Positions 39,354-49,868 of a stretch of DNA of 64,000 nt are shown here, one piece after another. The position numbers were made by a program, and so were the translations under genes. Below the pieces are notes generated by a model, which saw nothing but the letters and a program-made list of their open reading frames with translations, ran no database searches and was not told where the DNA came from. The DNA comes from an uncultured Acidobacteriota bacterium (GTDB lineage: Bacteria > Acidobacteriota > Polarisedimenticolia > J045): the NCBI GenBank assembly GCA_963702425.1, contig CAVPCQ010000017.1:96001-160000 (forward strand), read 5' to 3'. Every line of letters begins with the position of its first letter. The first letter of the stretch is position 1.

Positions 39354-42044
39354 TCACCGGGCGACGACGAGCACGCGGATCACACCGCGGCCGGCGGCGA
39401 GCGGCTCGAGCGCCTTGGCGACGATCGTCCCGGGGAGCGCGACCACGGCCCGTGACGCATGGCCCGGGGCGATCGACGTGGCGAGCAGGTCTCCCGGCAC
39501 GATCGGCCCGTCGGTCGCATCGACGCGGCAGGTCGCGACCCCGCCGAGCGCGACGAGGACCAGTCCAGGGGGTGCGGACCCAGCCACAGCAACACCGACG
39601 ACGCGCGGGTCGAGCGCGGACTGGGCCGCGCGAACTGCGCCCGAGCCCTCCGGGTCGAGCGCCACGACGTCCCCCGGCTCGATCGGACCGGCGCTGGGGA
39701 AGGCGGCGGCGAGCACTGGCGGCGGCGCCGCGGCGGCCGCGGAATCGGGCGAGACGATCGACGCGATCGCAACCCCTTGCGCTTCCATCGCCGACTCGCT
39801 CCCCGGGACACCTCCCGCCAGACGACCCGCCGTCGCTCCCGTCGCTGCGCTCGCCGGCCTCTCCGCCATCGGACCGGTCGGCGCTACCACCGAGCGGTGG
39901 ACGAAGGCAAGGATCTCGCCGCGACCGACTGCGAGCGGCTCGAGCGCAATGCCGATAGCGGGGCCACCGTCGCGAACGCGGATCGCGATCCCCGGGTCGG
40001 GCCCCGGCCCGAGCGGGTCTCCGGGGTGGATCGGGCCGATTCCTGCGTCGACGCGCACGCGCACGCGACCCGCGAGCGCGACTGGCGCGACACGACGCTC
40101 GAAGAAGTCGGCGAGTGCGAGCGACTCGAGCATCTCGGCATCGATCTCGGAACGCTCCGCCTCGGTCATCCGCAGGACGAGCCGTTCGAGAATCGCCGTG
40201 CTCTGGGTCTCGAACTCGGCGCGCAGTTCGGCGCCCCACCGCTCACCGAGCGCCTCCGCGTCGAACGGCGCACCGCCGAGCAGCAGCCCCGGCCCCGCGC
40301 TGACGACGCCCAGCACGAGCGGGTCGTCCTCGCCGGCTGTTCGACGCACTGCGCCGGGGCGCAGCGGGTCGGCGGCCACCAGTTCGCCCGCTGCGATCGG
40401 TTCGGACATGACGAAGCTCTCGGCCACATCGAACGCGACGTTCTCGGTCAGCGCGCCGCGGATCCGCAGGTCGCCGTCCTCCTGCAGCTCGGCGAGCTTG
40501 GACGTGTTCGCGGTCGATCCGTCGTGGAACCAGTCCGCGACCGTCGACGCCGCGTTGTTGTTGTCGTCGATCATCGTGCGGACGATCCCGTCCGAGTAAA
40601 GGTTGAGCGTCACGCCGTCGGGAGCGTGGACGAAGTTCGCGTTCACGGTGCCGTCGACCTCGAGATCCTGTGCGATGTAGACGTCGGCCAGGCTGCCGAT
40701 CTCCGCGGCGTCCTGCCCGGCCGCGTCGCCGAACGAGTTGAAGATCTGGCCCGTGGTCGGGATCGCGTCGCCGGCGATCACCCCGCTGATCGCGTAGAAC
40801 GAGCCGCCGACCTCCAGGTCCGACGTCACGTGGAGATCGTCGGCCGTCGTCATGTCGCTCGACTGCGGGTTCCCCGAGCCGTAGGCGCTGTAGGTTCGAG
40901 CGGCGTTGTTCCCCGTGGCGACGAAGAGCCGGCCGGCTGTGAGCGAGTCGCCGGCCTCGACATCGTGCATCACGAACAGGTCGTCGTCGTCGGTGACCCG
41001 CCCCGACACGGGCCCGCCGTGAAGGTAGCTGCCGAAGAAGTGGTATGCGCGCCCGGGCGCGGCCTCGGCGCTCGGGCCGGCGTGGAACATCCCCGACACG
41101 CTGAACGAGCGCGTGGTCTCGAACCGGTCGTCGGCGAAACCGGCGCCGTGCTCGTGGAGCCGGAGCTCGGGCATCGCGGGCTCGCCGTTGGCGAAGTCGA
41201 TCGCGAGCACCTGGCCGCCGGAAATCCGCAGCGAGCCGCCGACAGAGAGGAGCGTCCCCGCGGCGAACGAGAGCGTCCCGGCCGTGTAGCTGTCGCTGAC
41301 GTCGCTGCGCAGGAGCTGGGTCGAGTCGAGCCCGTCCAGCTTTCCCGCGTCGACGTTGGTGTGGATGTGGAGCACATCGGCGATCGCGCCGCTGGTCAGC
41401 GCGGTCAGGTTGGCCGGTGTCACGGTCGGCCCAGCGCCGTCGAGCTTGTTCAGCTCTGCGGCGCTGCTCGTCATCGCGGCGCCGCCGAGCTGCAGCGCGC
41501 CGGCGACGTTGAGCGTCGTCCCCGGGTCGAAGGTCAGCGCGTAGCCGTAGAGCGCGCTGCCGGTGAAGTTGTCGCTCCCTTCGCTGCGCAGGAACTCGCC
41601 CGGGCCCTTGTCCTGGAGCTGGGTGCAGTTGAAGGCGTAGGGCGCGGCCGCGAAACGGACCCGAGGGAGCAGCACGTCGCCGTCGACCTCGAGCTGGAGG
41701 AAGACCTGGTCGAAGTCTCCGAACATCACTCCGATGTTCGACCCGCCGTAGCCCGACGCGCCCGCGACGAAGGGCTGGCTGCCGAGCAGGATCTCGAAGA
41801 GGCCGCCGGTCACCGTCACCGCGGGATGGCTCTCCGAGCCGATGTCGTATGCGGCGTCGTTCGACGAGGCGTGGCTCCAGTAGCGCACGACGATCGGGTA
41901 CGGCCCGTCGAGCGGACGATCATTCGTGTCCCGCAGGACCCCCTGGAATCCGGTGATCAGTGGGGGGATGTTGGCCATGGCCAGCGGCGTGACCGCGGCG
42001 ATCAGCAGGACGAGTGAGCGGTGCAGGACGGTGTGCCGGATCAT
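39354..42044 (-). CDS. Secreted tail-fibre-like protein with duplicated C-terminal chaperone-like domain
   Basis: Signal peptide; FQGVL..G.F.ILLG..PR.R..AAPYA; DAGKLDGLDSTQLLRSD repeat; two VAL.G...VDA..GPI.PGD domains. Confidence 0.75.
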   Translation of the reverse strand: MIRHTVLHRSLVLLIAAVTPLAMANIPPLITGFQGVLRDTNDRPLDGPYPIVVRYWSHASSNDAAYDIGSESHPAVTVTGGLFEILLGSQPFVAGASGYGGSNIGVMFGDFDQVFLQLEVDGDVLLPRVRFAAAPYAFNCTQLQDKGPGEFLRSEGSDNFTGSALYGYALTFDPGTTLNVAGALQLGGAAMTSSAAELNKLDGAGPTVTPANLTALTSGAIADVLHIHTNVDAGKLDGLDSTQLLRSDVSDSYTAGTLSFAAGTLLSVGGSLRISGGQVLAIDFANGEPAMPELRLHEHGAGFADDRFETTRSFSVSGMFHAGPSAEAAPGRAYHFFGSYLHGGPVSGRVTDDDDLFVMHDVEAGDSLTAGRLFVATGNNAARTYSAYGSGNPQSSDMTTADDLHVTSDLEVGGSFYAISGVIAGDAIPTTGQIFNSFGDAAGQDAAEIGSLADVYIAQDLEVDGTVNANFVHAPDGVTLNLYSDGIVRTMIDDNNNAASTVADWFHDGSTANTSKLAELQEDGDLRIRGALTENVAFDVAESFVMSEPIAAGELVAADPLRPGAVRRTAGEDDPLVLGVVSAGPGLLLGGAPFDAEALGERWGAELRAEFETQSTAILERLVLRMTEAERSEIDAEMLESLALADFFERRVAPVALAGRVRVRVDAGIGPIHPGDPLGPGPDPGIAIRVRDGGPAIGIALEPLAVGRGEILAFVHRSVVAPTGPMAERPASAATGATAGRLAGGVPGSESAMEAQGVAIASIVSPDSAAAAAPPPVLAAAFPSAGPIEPGDVVALDPEGSGAVRAAQSALDPRVVGVAVAGSAPPGLVLVALGGVATCRVDATDGPIVPGDLLATSIAPGHASRAVVALPGTIVAKALEPLAAGRGVIRVLVVAR

Positions 42045-42070
42045 CGTTCCCTCCCCTCGATGCGTCGGCT

Positions 42071-42613
42071 TCACGGACAGGGCGCGGGGTTGCCGCGCTC
42101 GACGCCGCCGCTGGTGGATCCCTTCGTTCCTTCCTCGCGCAGTCGGTTCACGGCGGTGACGAGATAGAAGTAGCCCGCACCGACCGCGGGCACGCCGGGA
42201 TCGGCATACGCGGTGCCCAGGACCTCGCCGTCGAGGCAGGCACCGAACCCGAAGCCCGGGAGCGCGGACAGCGCGTCACGGTAGATGTGGTAGCGCCCGA
42301 GGGACGGCTCCGCGTCCCAGTTCAGCGTCGCCCGGTCGGCGGCGAGGCGCAGGCCGCGGACCTCGCCCGGCGGCGGGTAGGCCGCCGCGAAGCCGAACTC
42401 GCCGCGGAAGCGCGCGCCGAGGAGCGCATGGCGGCCGACCCCTTGGCCGATCGACGCGGGCTGCAGTCGGAAGCGTCCGCCGCCGACGGTTGCCCCCGCC
42501 GGTGCGCCACCTGCGTTGGACGCCCTCTCGACCGCGCGGAAACGCGCTCCTTCCTGGGCGAGGACCGCCGGGACGACGAGGATGACGGCGTAGGGGGCCA
42601 GGGCGCGGAGCAT
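42071..42613 (-). CDS. Secreted protein with FN3-like terminal module
   Basis: ATG 42613 with AGGAGG RBS; PPGEV..L...W.....YHIYR...YFYLVTAVN..EG..G...ER....CP. Confidence 0.75.
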   Translation of the reverse strand: MLRALAPYAVILVVPAVLAQEGARFRAVERASNAGGAPAGATVGGGRFRLQPASIGQGVGRHALLGARFRGEFGFAAAYPPPGEVRGLRLAADRATLNWDAEPSLGRYHIYRDALSALPGFGFGACLDGEVLGTAYADPGVPAVGAGYFYLVTAVNRLREEGTKGSTSGGVERGNPAPCP

Positions 42614-42769
42614 GGAGTCCTCCTGAGCTCGTCCTTGAAGACAGTGCCCCCCCGAATATCTACTAGTCCGCGTGGCCGCGAGCTGGCGCGCTCCCACGCG
42701 GAGCGCGACCGATACCCGGCAGGAGGGGTTCTCCTTGAGGCCCGCATCCGGCATTCGGAGGTCCTTTCC

Positions 42770-42895
42770 GGAAATCGGCACGGACCCTCGGCGATCGTCT
42801 TCGAGACGCTCGAATCGATCGACCGGCTCGCCGAGTTGGTCCAGCCACCGCGCCGGCACCTCGTCCGGTATTACGGGGTCCTCTGCCCTCGGCCC
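42770..42895 (+). mobile_element. IS91-family (Y2) transposase fragment
   Basis: IVFETLESIDRLAELVQPPRRHLVRYYGVL. Confidence 0.7.
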
Positions 42896-42917
42896 GACGT
42901 GAAACGTGGCCATTCCC

Positions 42918-44010
42918 GCCCACCGCTGCGCTCCGGCCGCAGCCAAGTCGTTGACCTTCGCGATCCGGCGGTACACTTTCGCGATCGGACCCCGATCGGG
43001 CGTGCGATCGGTCCATGGACGCTATTCTCGACAAGCACGCCGACAAGATCCACGGCTCGCTCTCCTGCTTCGACCGCGTGCTCTTTCGCGGCTACCTGCC
43101 GCTGCTCTCGGGTCGGGAGATCCTTCCGTTCCTCGAGTGCCGGGGGGGCCGGCCTGACGGTCTGAAGGACTTGCTCGTCGGGCAGGCCGAGCGCCTGAAG
43201 CAGTGCGCGCGTCAACTTGCCCAGCGCCAGGACCCAGCCGTTCCTGGCCCTCGCGGAGCGGGTCCGCAAGGCCGAGAAGGCGCGCGAGATTGCCGAGCGG
43301 AGCGGGATCACGGAGGGATTGGATTGCGTGCTGTCGACGCTCGAGCCGTGCTGGACGTTCGCTCTCCGTTGGGATGAAGCACGACAACGTCTTCCTCCGC
43401 GTCGAGACCGTGATCAATGAGCCCGACGAGTTCCGGGTTCGCGGCGGCGGACGCCGCGTGACGGCGTGGGTCCCCTTGTGGAAGAGCGTGGCCACCCTCT
43501 CCCGCTACTGCGAGAGTTCGCTTCGGAGCAACGCGCTGTATCTCAACGCCCTGGCCCGGGTCGATGACCCAACGGAGGTCGTGTGCGCCCTGGACTCCAT
43601 CACGACGCGCAAGCACACCGCCACCGCGCGGCCGGTCAAGCCCTCCCATCCGCTCTCTCGACCCGAAGCCCAGCTCTTCGCCACCCTGATGCGAGGCGAA
43701 CATGCGCTTCATGGCTTCACGAATCGCGAGCTCGTACGAAGCTCGACTCCTCCGCCTTTCGCCTGGACGACGATCCCCGGAAGTGCAGCGCCCAGATCAG
43801 TCGGCTCCCCCACCGGCTCCACGTCTATCGACTAGTCGCCAAGATCCCACGCTCCCGCCACTGGTGGGTCGCCAAGTTCGGCTGGCGCGTCATGAGCGCG
43901 GCCCTCCAGCTCCGGTACACGAAGTTTCCAGCCTCCTTCGCTGCGGCTGATTGACCATTCCGCCCGCTTCCCTGGAGAATGCGGAGCAGTTACGAAGGAA
44001 GGAGATACCC
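42918..44010 (+). mobile_element. Degenerate TIR-less MYDK/wHTH element, copy B
   Basis: MDAILDKHADKIHGSLSCFDRVLFRGYLP...; same internal deletion junction (TGGGATGAAGCACGAC) as copy A. Confidence 0.75.
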
Positions 44011-44175
44011 CTTGTCCGCCGAGACGATCGATCGACTGATGTCGCGGGCGGGGCATCCTCTCCGCCAGCACCATGCAGGAGTCCGGGAGACAGTTCCCGG
44101 CTCTCCAAACAGGCAGGCACCGCCGACGGATCTCACGCGATGATCCGGCGGTCGTTCCCAGCAAGAGGAGGCTCC

Positions 44176-45852
44176 ATGAGAAAGTGTCTCACGGTGCTGG
44201 GAGTGGCGGTCGTGGCCGTCCTCCTGACCACCTCCGCGTTCGCACAGAGCCGCGGAGTCACCTTCACCCCGATCGGCTTCATCGATCCCCCGGGACCGTT
44301 CCCGGCGTCGAGCATCCTCGCGATGAACCCGCAGGGCACCATCTTCGTGGCGAGCCCGTCCTTCAGGTCCAGCTACGCGGTCGTGTGGACGCGCGAGGGC
44401 GGGTGGGGGACGCAGATCGGCAACGTCGCTCCCCCCATCCGGATCTCGGAGGATGGCACGATCATGGCGAACGCGCCCTGCACGGGCTCGAACCCGCCCT
44501 ACCCCCCGGAGCCGCCCCACCTATGGCCGAGCACCTGGCTCGACACGGTGAAATCATGGAAGCCGATCACGGAATGCTGGTTCTGCAGCTTCGGCTCCGG
44601 CATGTCGTTCTACGACATGGGCGGCAACGGCGATTACGCCGCCGGGCTGACCTGGTCGGGGTGCAGCGTCGCCCGGGGCTTCCTGTGGGACAAGGCGACG
44701 AACACCACCATCGACACCGGCTCCCCCAACGGTCTGAGCACCCGGGCGAACGCCGTCACCTGCGACGGCTCGGCCGTGATCGGCTGGGGTACGGCGCTGT
44801 GGGGCGGCCGGCGTGGCGCGCGCTGGGAGAAGGAGACCGGCACCTGGACCTTCTACGGTGACCCGGCCGGCCAGGAGCCCAAGGCCTGCAAGGTGACCCC
44901 CAAGGGCTGCACCTCGGATTCGGCCGACCCGGTGCGCGGCTGCCCCGAGTACGTCGACGACGGCTCCTGCCCGACCTCGAGCAAGGGGACCTGCACGGCC
45001 GGCGTCTGCGTCGGCGGCTTCGACGCGGGCAAGACCTGCACCAGCAGCTCGCAGTGCGGCGGAACGTGCGCCGGCGGGCCGAACGACGGCAAGCGCTGCA
45101 CGTCGAACGGCAGCTGTCCCGACACGCCGGTCTGCCTGCCCAACCCGCTCTGGACCGACGACCTCTGGAAGGGCGAGGCGTTCGACGCCACCTCCGACGG
45201 CAAGTATGCGGTCGGCCGGAACTTCGACTACGGCCTGGGGTGGAACGACGGCTACCGGGTGAACCCGGACGGCAGCTTCGACCGGATCCCGACGTTCCCG
45301 GACTTCCCGTACATCCTCAATCCGTACGTGATCAGCGACAACAGCTACGCCGTCGCCGGTGCCGTCGGCGACTTCTTCTCCGGCACCGCGCCGTTCATCT
45401 GGAACAAGGACGTCGGCACGATCGACTTCCAGTTGTTCCTGATCGGGCAGGGGCTCGACGAGCTGTACTTCTGGTACCTGAGCTCGATCAACGCGATCAG
45501 CGCCAACGGCAGGATCGTCGCCGGTGCGGGAACCAACCCCGACGGTCTGCTCGAGGGCTGGATCGTCGACCTCAACTACGTCCTCGTCTGCCGCAATCCC
45601 GACCCGGCCGCCGCCGGCGCGGACCCCGGCTGCAAGGACGGGACCGGCGATGGTTGCCGTACGATGCGCGTCGCCTACGAGACCGTCGGCGATGCGAGCG
45701 AATACGGCTCCTGCGAGTTCAAGCGCTCGGGTGGTCTGGCGCGCGCGCAGGAACTGCGCCAGGAGCTGACCGAGAAGTACCACTCGGGCGTCTTCAACGG
45801 CCCGTACAAGTTCGGTCCCAAGCGCAACGAGGGCCCGAGCGAGACGCGCTAG
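44176..45852 (+). CDS. Secreted HAF-like beta-propeller protein with a Cys-rich insertion
   Basis: ATG 44176 with GAGGAGG RBS; signal peptide; ANAVTCDGSAVIG, ISANGRIVAG repeats; CxGGxxxGKxC repeats. Confidence 0.85.
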   Translation: MRKCLTVLGVAVVAVLLTTSAFAQSRGVTFTPIGFIDPPGPFPASSILAMNPQGTIFVASPSFRSSYAVVWTREGGWGTQIGNVAPPIRISEDGTIMANAPCTGSNPPYPPEPPHLWPSTWLDTVKSWKPITECWFCSFGSGMSFYDMGGNGDYAAGLTWSGCSVARGFLWDKATNTTIDTGSPNGLSTRANAVTCDGSAVIGWGTALWGGRRGARWEKETGTWTFYGDPAGQEPKACKVTPKGCTSDSADPVRGCPEYVDDGSCPTSSKGTCTAGVCVGGFDAGKTCTSSSQCGGTCAGGPNDGKRCTSNGSCPDTPVCLPNPLWTDDLWKGEAFDATSDGKYAVGRNFDYGLGWNDGYRVNPDGSFDRIPTFPDFPYILNPYVISDNSYAVAGAVGDFFSGTAPFIWNKDVGTIDFQLFLIGQGLDELYFWYLSSINAISANGRIVAGAGTNPDGLLEGWIVDLNYVLVCRNPDPAAAGADPGCKDGTGDGCRTMRVAYETVGDASEYGSCEFKRSGGLARAQELRQELTEKYHSGVFNGPYKFGPKRNEGPSETR

Positions 45853-45887
45853 TTCGAGAACGTCCGGTAGGCGGTCAGCGTCGATAG

Positions 45888-45930
45888 AAAAAACGGCGCG
45901 GCGGGTCGTGCAGCGACGGCCCGCCGCCGT
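45888..45930. terminator. Putative intrinsic terminator hairpin
   Basis: A6 tract followed by a GCGGCGGGTCGT/ACGGCCCGCCGC stem, downstream of the ORF stop. Confidence 0.55.
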
Positions 45931-46023
45931 CGTCTCACCGGGTGGCGCGCCTGTGCTCCTCGACCTCGATCCCGCTCAGCATTTCGAGACGGGCGCCAGA
46001 TCTAGGAGCAGAGGCGGCGGACC

Positions 46024-46585
46024 ATGCGTGACCTCCTTGCAGTGCGGACCGTGGTGATCGTAGCGGCCGTTGCACTCCCGGCCAGGGCCACGGACCCTGT
46101 CAACCGGCTTGGGGATACCCCCACGCACAGCGGGGTCGACACCCCGCCGACCGGCAAGGTGTTCTTCGACACCGTGGTGGGCCACTGTCCCAGCGGCCAG
46201 ATCGTGTGCGGCGGGGTTTGCGATGTCGACAGCGACGCGGACACGTTCTGCGACCATCTGGACAACTGCCCGAACCGGGCCAACACGGACCAGGTCAACC
46301 GGGACGGAGACCAGGCGGGGGACGTCTGCGATTACAAGCAACGCCGTCACTGAATATCACACTCTCATGCTGGTTCGCGGGTTGTCGTTCATGTGGATCC
46401 AGGGCCTGGGCTTCGGCAGACTCTACGACTTCCTGATCTATCGCGGATTCGCGCGTGCGCAATGGGGCCATTTCTCCAACAGCTTCATCCCGTTGGACCT
46501 CTCGAGCGACGGTCGCGTCATCGTCGGTGGTACCGGGGCCGTCTCCGGCTTGCCCGGCTGGGTCGCGATCACGCGACACGACTGA
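46024..46585 (+). pseudogene. Internally deleted, inverted paralogue of 49869-51542
   Basis: Shares the signal peptide, the DTPP.GKVFF..CDHLDNCP segment, the C-terminus and ~75 bp of downstream DNA. Confidence 0.9.
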
Positions 46586-46922
46586 GAGCGGTCGGTCTCT
46601 GCGCTCGCAGATGGCGGGTCGGTGACGATCCGCCGCCCGTCGACTTCGTGGCCGGACCGCGCACCTTCGGGCACGCTACTCCGCGAATCGCCGCCGACCT
46701 ACCCCGGCCGATCCACGAGTTCGACCGGGCGCTTCGGTAGAGCAGCCGTCCGGCTGGTCTGGCCCCACGATCGGTCACCCCGCCCCTGGTGCCGTCCTCA
46801 GCCAGGGAACGAAACGCGGGCAGAACCCATTATCTACCGCCGTCTTCCGCTTCCGGACATCTGCCCGGCCTTCTCCCACTCCGCTCGCCTGTGTACTCCT
46901 CGTGCCTATTGGAGACGCTGCC

Positions 46923-47476
46923 ATGCTGGCTATCGCGCGGCCGACCGCTTCAATCCTCCGTCTCGCATCGATGTCGAGCTGCGCCGCCGTTCTGGCCCTT
47001 GTCGTGCCGTCCTTCGCGCACGTGGCGGCGCGCCAGGTGCCCCAGGAAGAACTCCCCAAGAACGGGTTCCTCTCCCCGATGGAGTTCGAGACGCCCCTTG
47101 CCCTGAAGGTCCCGCCGCCCGAGCAGTCCTCTCGTTCGATCATCGAAGTGAAGGACTTCGCCGAGTTCATCTGTGACGATGTGCCCCTAAGCTCGTCACG
47201 TTCGAGGTCGGTCCGCAGAAGAAGGGGCAGACTGGCGTCCCGGTCAAGGTCATCGCGGAGATCTACACGCGGCCCAGCTACGACCGGGCGGTCAGCCTGA
47301 CGTTCACGCTCCTCCAGGATGACAGGGTGGCCGGCCTTGCTTCGATTCTCGACATTGATGCGGAGGAGAAGAAGACGAGGCGCAAGTCGACGGCCTTCGT
47401 CCTGAAAGTGGATCCCTCCCCAGGTGAGCTGGAGCTTCGGCTCCGGGCTCGCGTCGAGGTACTGGACAACAAGTAG
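46923..47476 (+). pseudogene. Small secreted hypothetical protein, single frameshift near 47188
   Basis: Signal-like N-terminus; a second frame continues LVTFEVGPQKK...RVEVLDNK* with high-GC codon usage. Confidence 0.55.
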
Positions 47477-47549
47477 GGGGCGGATACGGGGCTGGCGGGA
47501 CCGGGCCCGCGGTGGTGACCCAACAGGTTCACGCTGTGCTGAGGCCGGG

Positions 47550-47572
47550 GGATGCCGTCCTCGCGAAGGACA
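47550..47572 (+). mobile_element. Solo right end of the TGT...ACA element family
   Basis: GGATGCCGTCCTCGCGAAGGACA vs GGACTCGATCTTGGCGAAGGACA (61014). Confidence 0.6.
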
Positions 47573-47589
47573 GTCGGGCGTGCCGATGC

Positions 47590-49631
47590 ATTGGTAGATC
47601 CTATCGCGCCCGACCGGGTTGCCCCGTCGGACGTGCAAGACCCCCTTTCAAACCGTGCGTGCGGATTTCCCGCACACGGCTTACCGGTGGTCTCTCGAGG
47701 CGCGGCATTACACGGCCTGCCAGAAGGGCTGTTCGGGGGACTGGATCGTGCCCCGCAGCCGGTGCAATCCCAGGTTCCAGAAGTACTCGCGCGTCCACCG
47801 GGCCGCCTCGCCAGGCTGGAGCGACCGGCCTTGGCGCTGAAGCCGCAAGCGCCGGAGCCGTTGCCAGACGTAGCGATCGACCTGATTGAAGCGTTTGGCG
47901 GCATTCCCGGTGCGGAAGTAGGCCCCCCACCCGCGCAGGACGGGGTTGAGGACGGCGATCACCTCGCGCAGATCGGCGTGGCATCGTCCCCGCGGGGTCA
48001 GCTCCTTCACGCGCTGCCGGATCCGCTTCATCGCCCGTGGAGACGGCCACCGGTGCAGAAAGTACAGGCGCTGGTCCCGTCTGCTCCCAGACCTTGCCGC
48101 TCAGGCGCTTGTGCAGATGGCAGCCGAGGAAGTCGAAACCCTCCTGGCCGTTCCAGAGTTCGACCCGCCTCGTCTTTTCCGGGTGTAGTTCCAGACCGAG
48201 CCGCCCGAGGATCGCCCGTATCCGCTCCTCGGCCCGCTCGCACGCCACCTTCGTGCGGCACAGCACCACGAAGTCGTCACAGTAACGCACCAGCGTCCCC
48301 AAGGGAGCGCTGTGTCGCGTCCACAGGACATCCAGCACGTGCAGGTAGATGTTCGACAGCAACGGTGAAATCACCCCGCCCTGCGGCGTCCCCGCGATCG
48401 TCGGGGTCACCGTGCCATCCTCCAGCACCCCAGCCTCGAGCCACTGCCGCAGCAGCTTGAGCACCCGCCGATCCGAGACGCGTCGCCCGACGAGTTTCAG
48501 CAACTTGTCGTGGTCGATGCTCCCAAAGTAGTTGCGGATGTCCGCGTCGAGCACGTGATGGTGCCCCTTCGCGCCGAGCTTCCTCAGCGTCTCCAGCGCA
48601 CCCTGCGCGCTCCGCTTGGGGCGGAAGCCATACGAAACCGGCAGGAAGTCGGCCTCGAAGATCGGCTCCAGCACCAGCTTCGCCGCCCTCTGCACCACCC
48701 GGTCCCGGACCGTCGGGATGCCCAAAGGCCGCTGCCTTCCGTCAGCCTTCGGGATGGACCGGCGCAGCACCACCCCTGCCCGGTACTCCTTCGCACGCAG
48801 GGCCTGGCCGAGCTCATCCAACATCCGCTCGACCCCATACCGCTCGACCTCGGCGATCGTCTCCTTGTCCACGCCCGCCGCGCCGCGGTTCGCCCGCACC
48901 CGCCCCCACGCTTCCCGCAGGACGTCACCCCTGCAGATGTGGTCGTACAACGCGTGAAAACGCCTCCCAGCCGACCGTTTGGCCGCACTCCACAGCCGTC
49001 GTTGCAGTCGTCGCACTTTGTCGCGCGCCGTTCCGGCGCCGGGGTCGTTAGGTCCGCTCGCGGCGGCCATTCCCTCGCGCTTACCTGCTCCGACGACACA
49101 ACCACCGCAGGGACCCTTCCCTCCCGCCGCGTTCTTCGTCGCGACGATCACCGGTACTACGATCCCCTCGGACTCCCGCTGCGCAGCGGCCGATTTCGCC
49201 TCCGGCTGATACGACGCGCCTGGCCCCGACGTGGGCCGCGCAGACGGGTCTCTCGTGTTCCGCACCGCTCCTTGCACGCGTGCTGCGCCCCCTACCCCGC
49301 CGGGACCGCCCGCGCGCTCCGGTTCTGACGCGGGCGGTGTTGCCTTCGCCGTGACATGAGCGGCTCGGCCCCCGGATTGTTCCTCTGTCGAGGCTGCAGG
49401 CTTCACTTCAGGTTGCGGCCCGCGTGCTCGCTCCCTGCGGCACGGCTTCCGCCGCCTCGCAGGCTTTCGATGCCCCGCTCGGGCAAGGCGGTCTCCCGCC
49501 CTCGCCGGGGGCCTGCTACCCGGCGCGCCGGCGCTTACCGGGGCGGGACTTCCACCCGCTGGATCGGTGCAGCTTGAAACCGGCCCCATCGCCGTCTGCT
49601 GGCCCTGGCCACCGGCTTCTTCACGACGCAC
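47590..49631 (-). mobile_element. Group II intron, full-length RNA boundaries
   Basis: GTGCG at 49631; DV AAGCCGTGTGCGGGAAATCCGCACGCACGGTTT; DVI ending CTACCAAT at 47590. Confidence 0.92.
47708..49070 (-). pseudogene. ltrA: Group II intron RT/maturase (no En domain), frameshift near 48075
   Basis: RPLGIPTVRDR, GFRP, GTPQGG.ISPLL, YCDD, FDFLG; the maturase LNPVLRGW..YF is in another frame. Confidence 0.9.
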
Positions 49632-49868
49632 CATCGAGGTGAGGATACCGCTGCGGGGTCGCGCTCAGTCGCTCGTCCCCGTCGGAATCGCTCCCATGCG
49701 TGCCCGTCCGGACGCATCGCCGTCGCGGGGGCCGGGCGCGTCCCCGACGCCCGCACTGACCCCACGACCGGTCGCCCCGCCCCCGGGGCTATCCTCCCCA
49801 GAGTGCGAAGTCGACGGGCCGCGGATCGTCGCCGACCCGCCATCTGCGAGCGCAGGGGCCGACCGCGC

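Noticed and set aside
42951-42977. TTGACC...TACACT sigma70 promoter
   Set aside because: Spacer is only 15 bp and both hexamers are altered in copy A.
47601-49634. 677-aa RT with long N- and C-terminal extensions
   Set aside because: The N-terminal part is read-through of intron domains I-III and the tail is out of frame after the frameshift.
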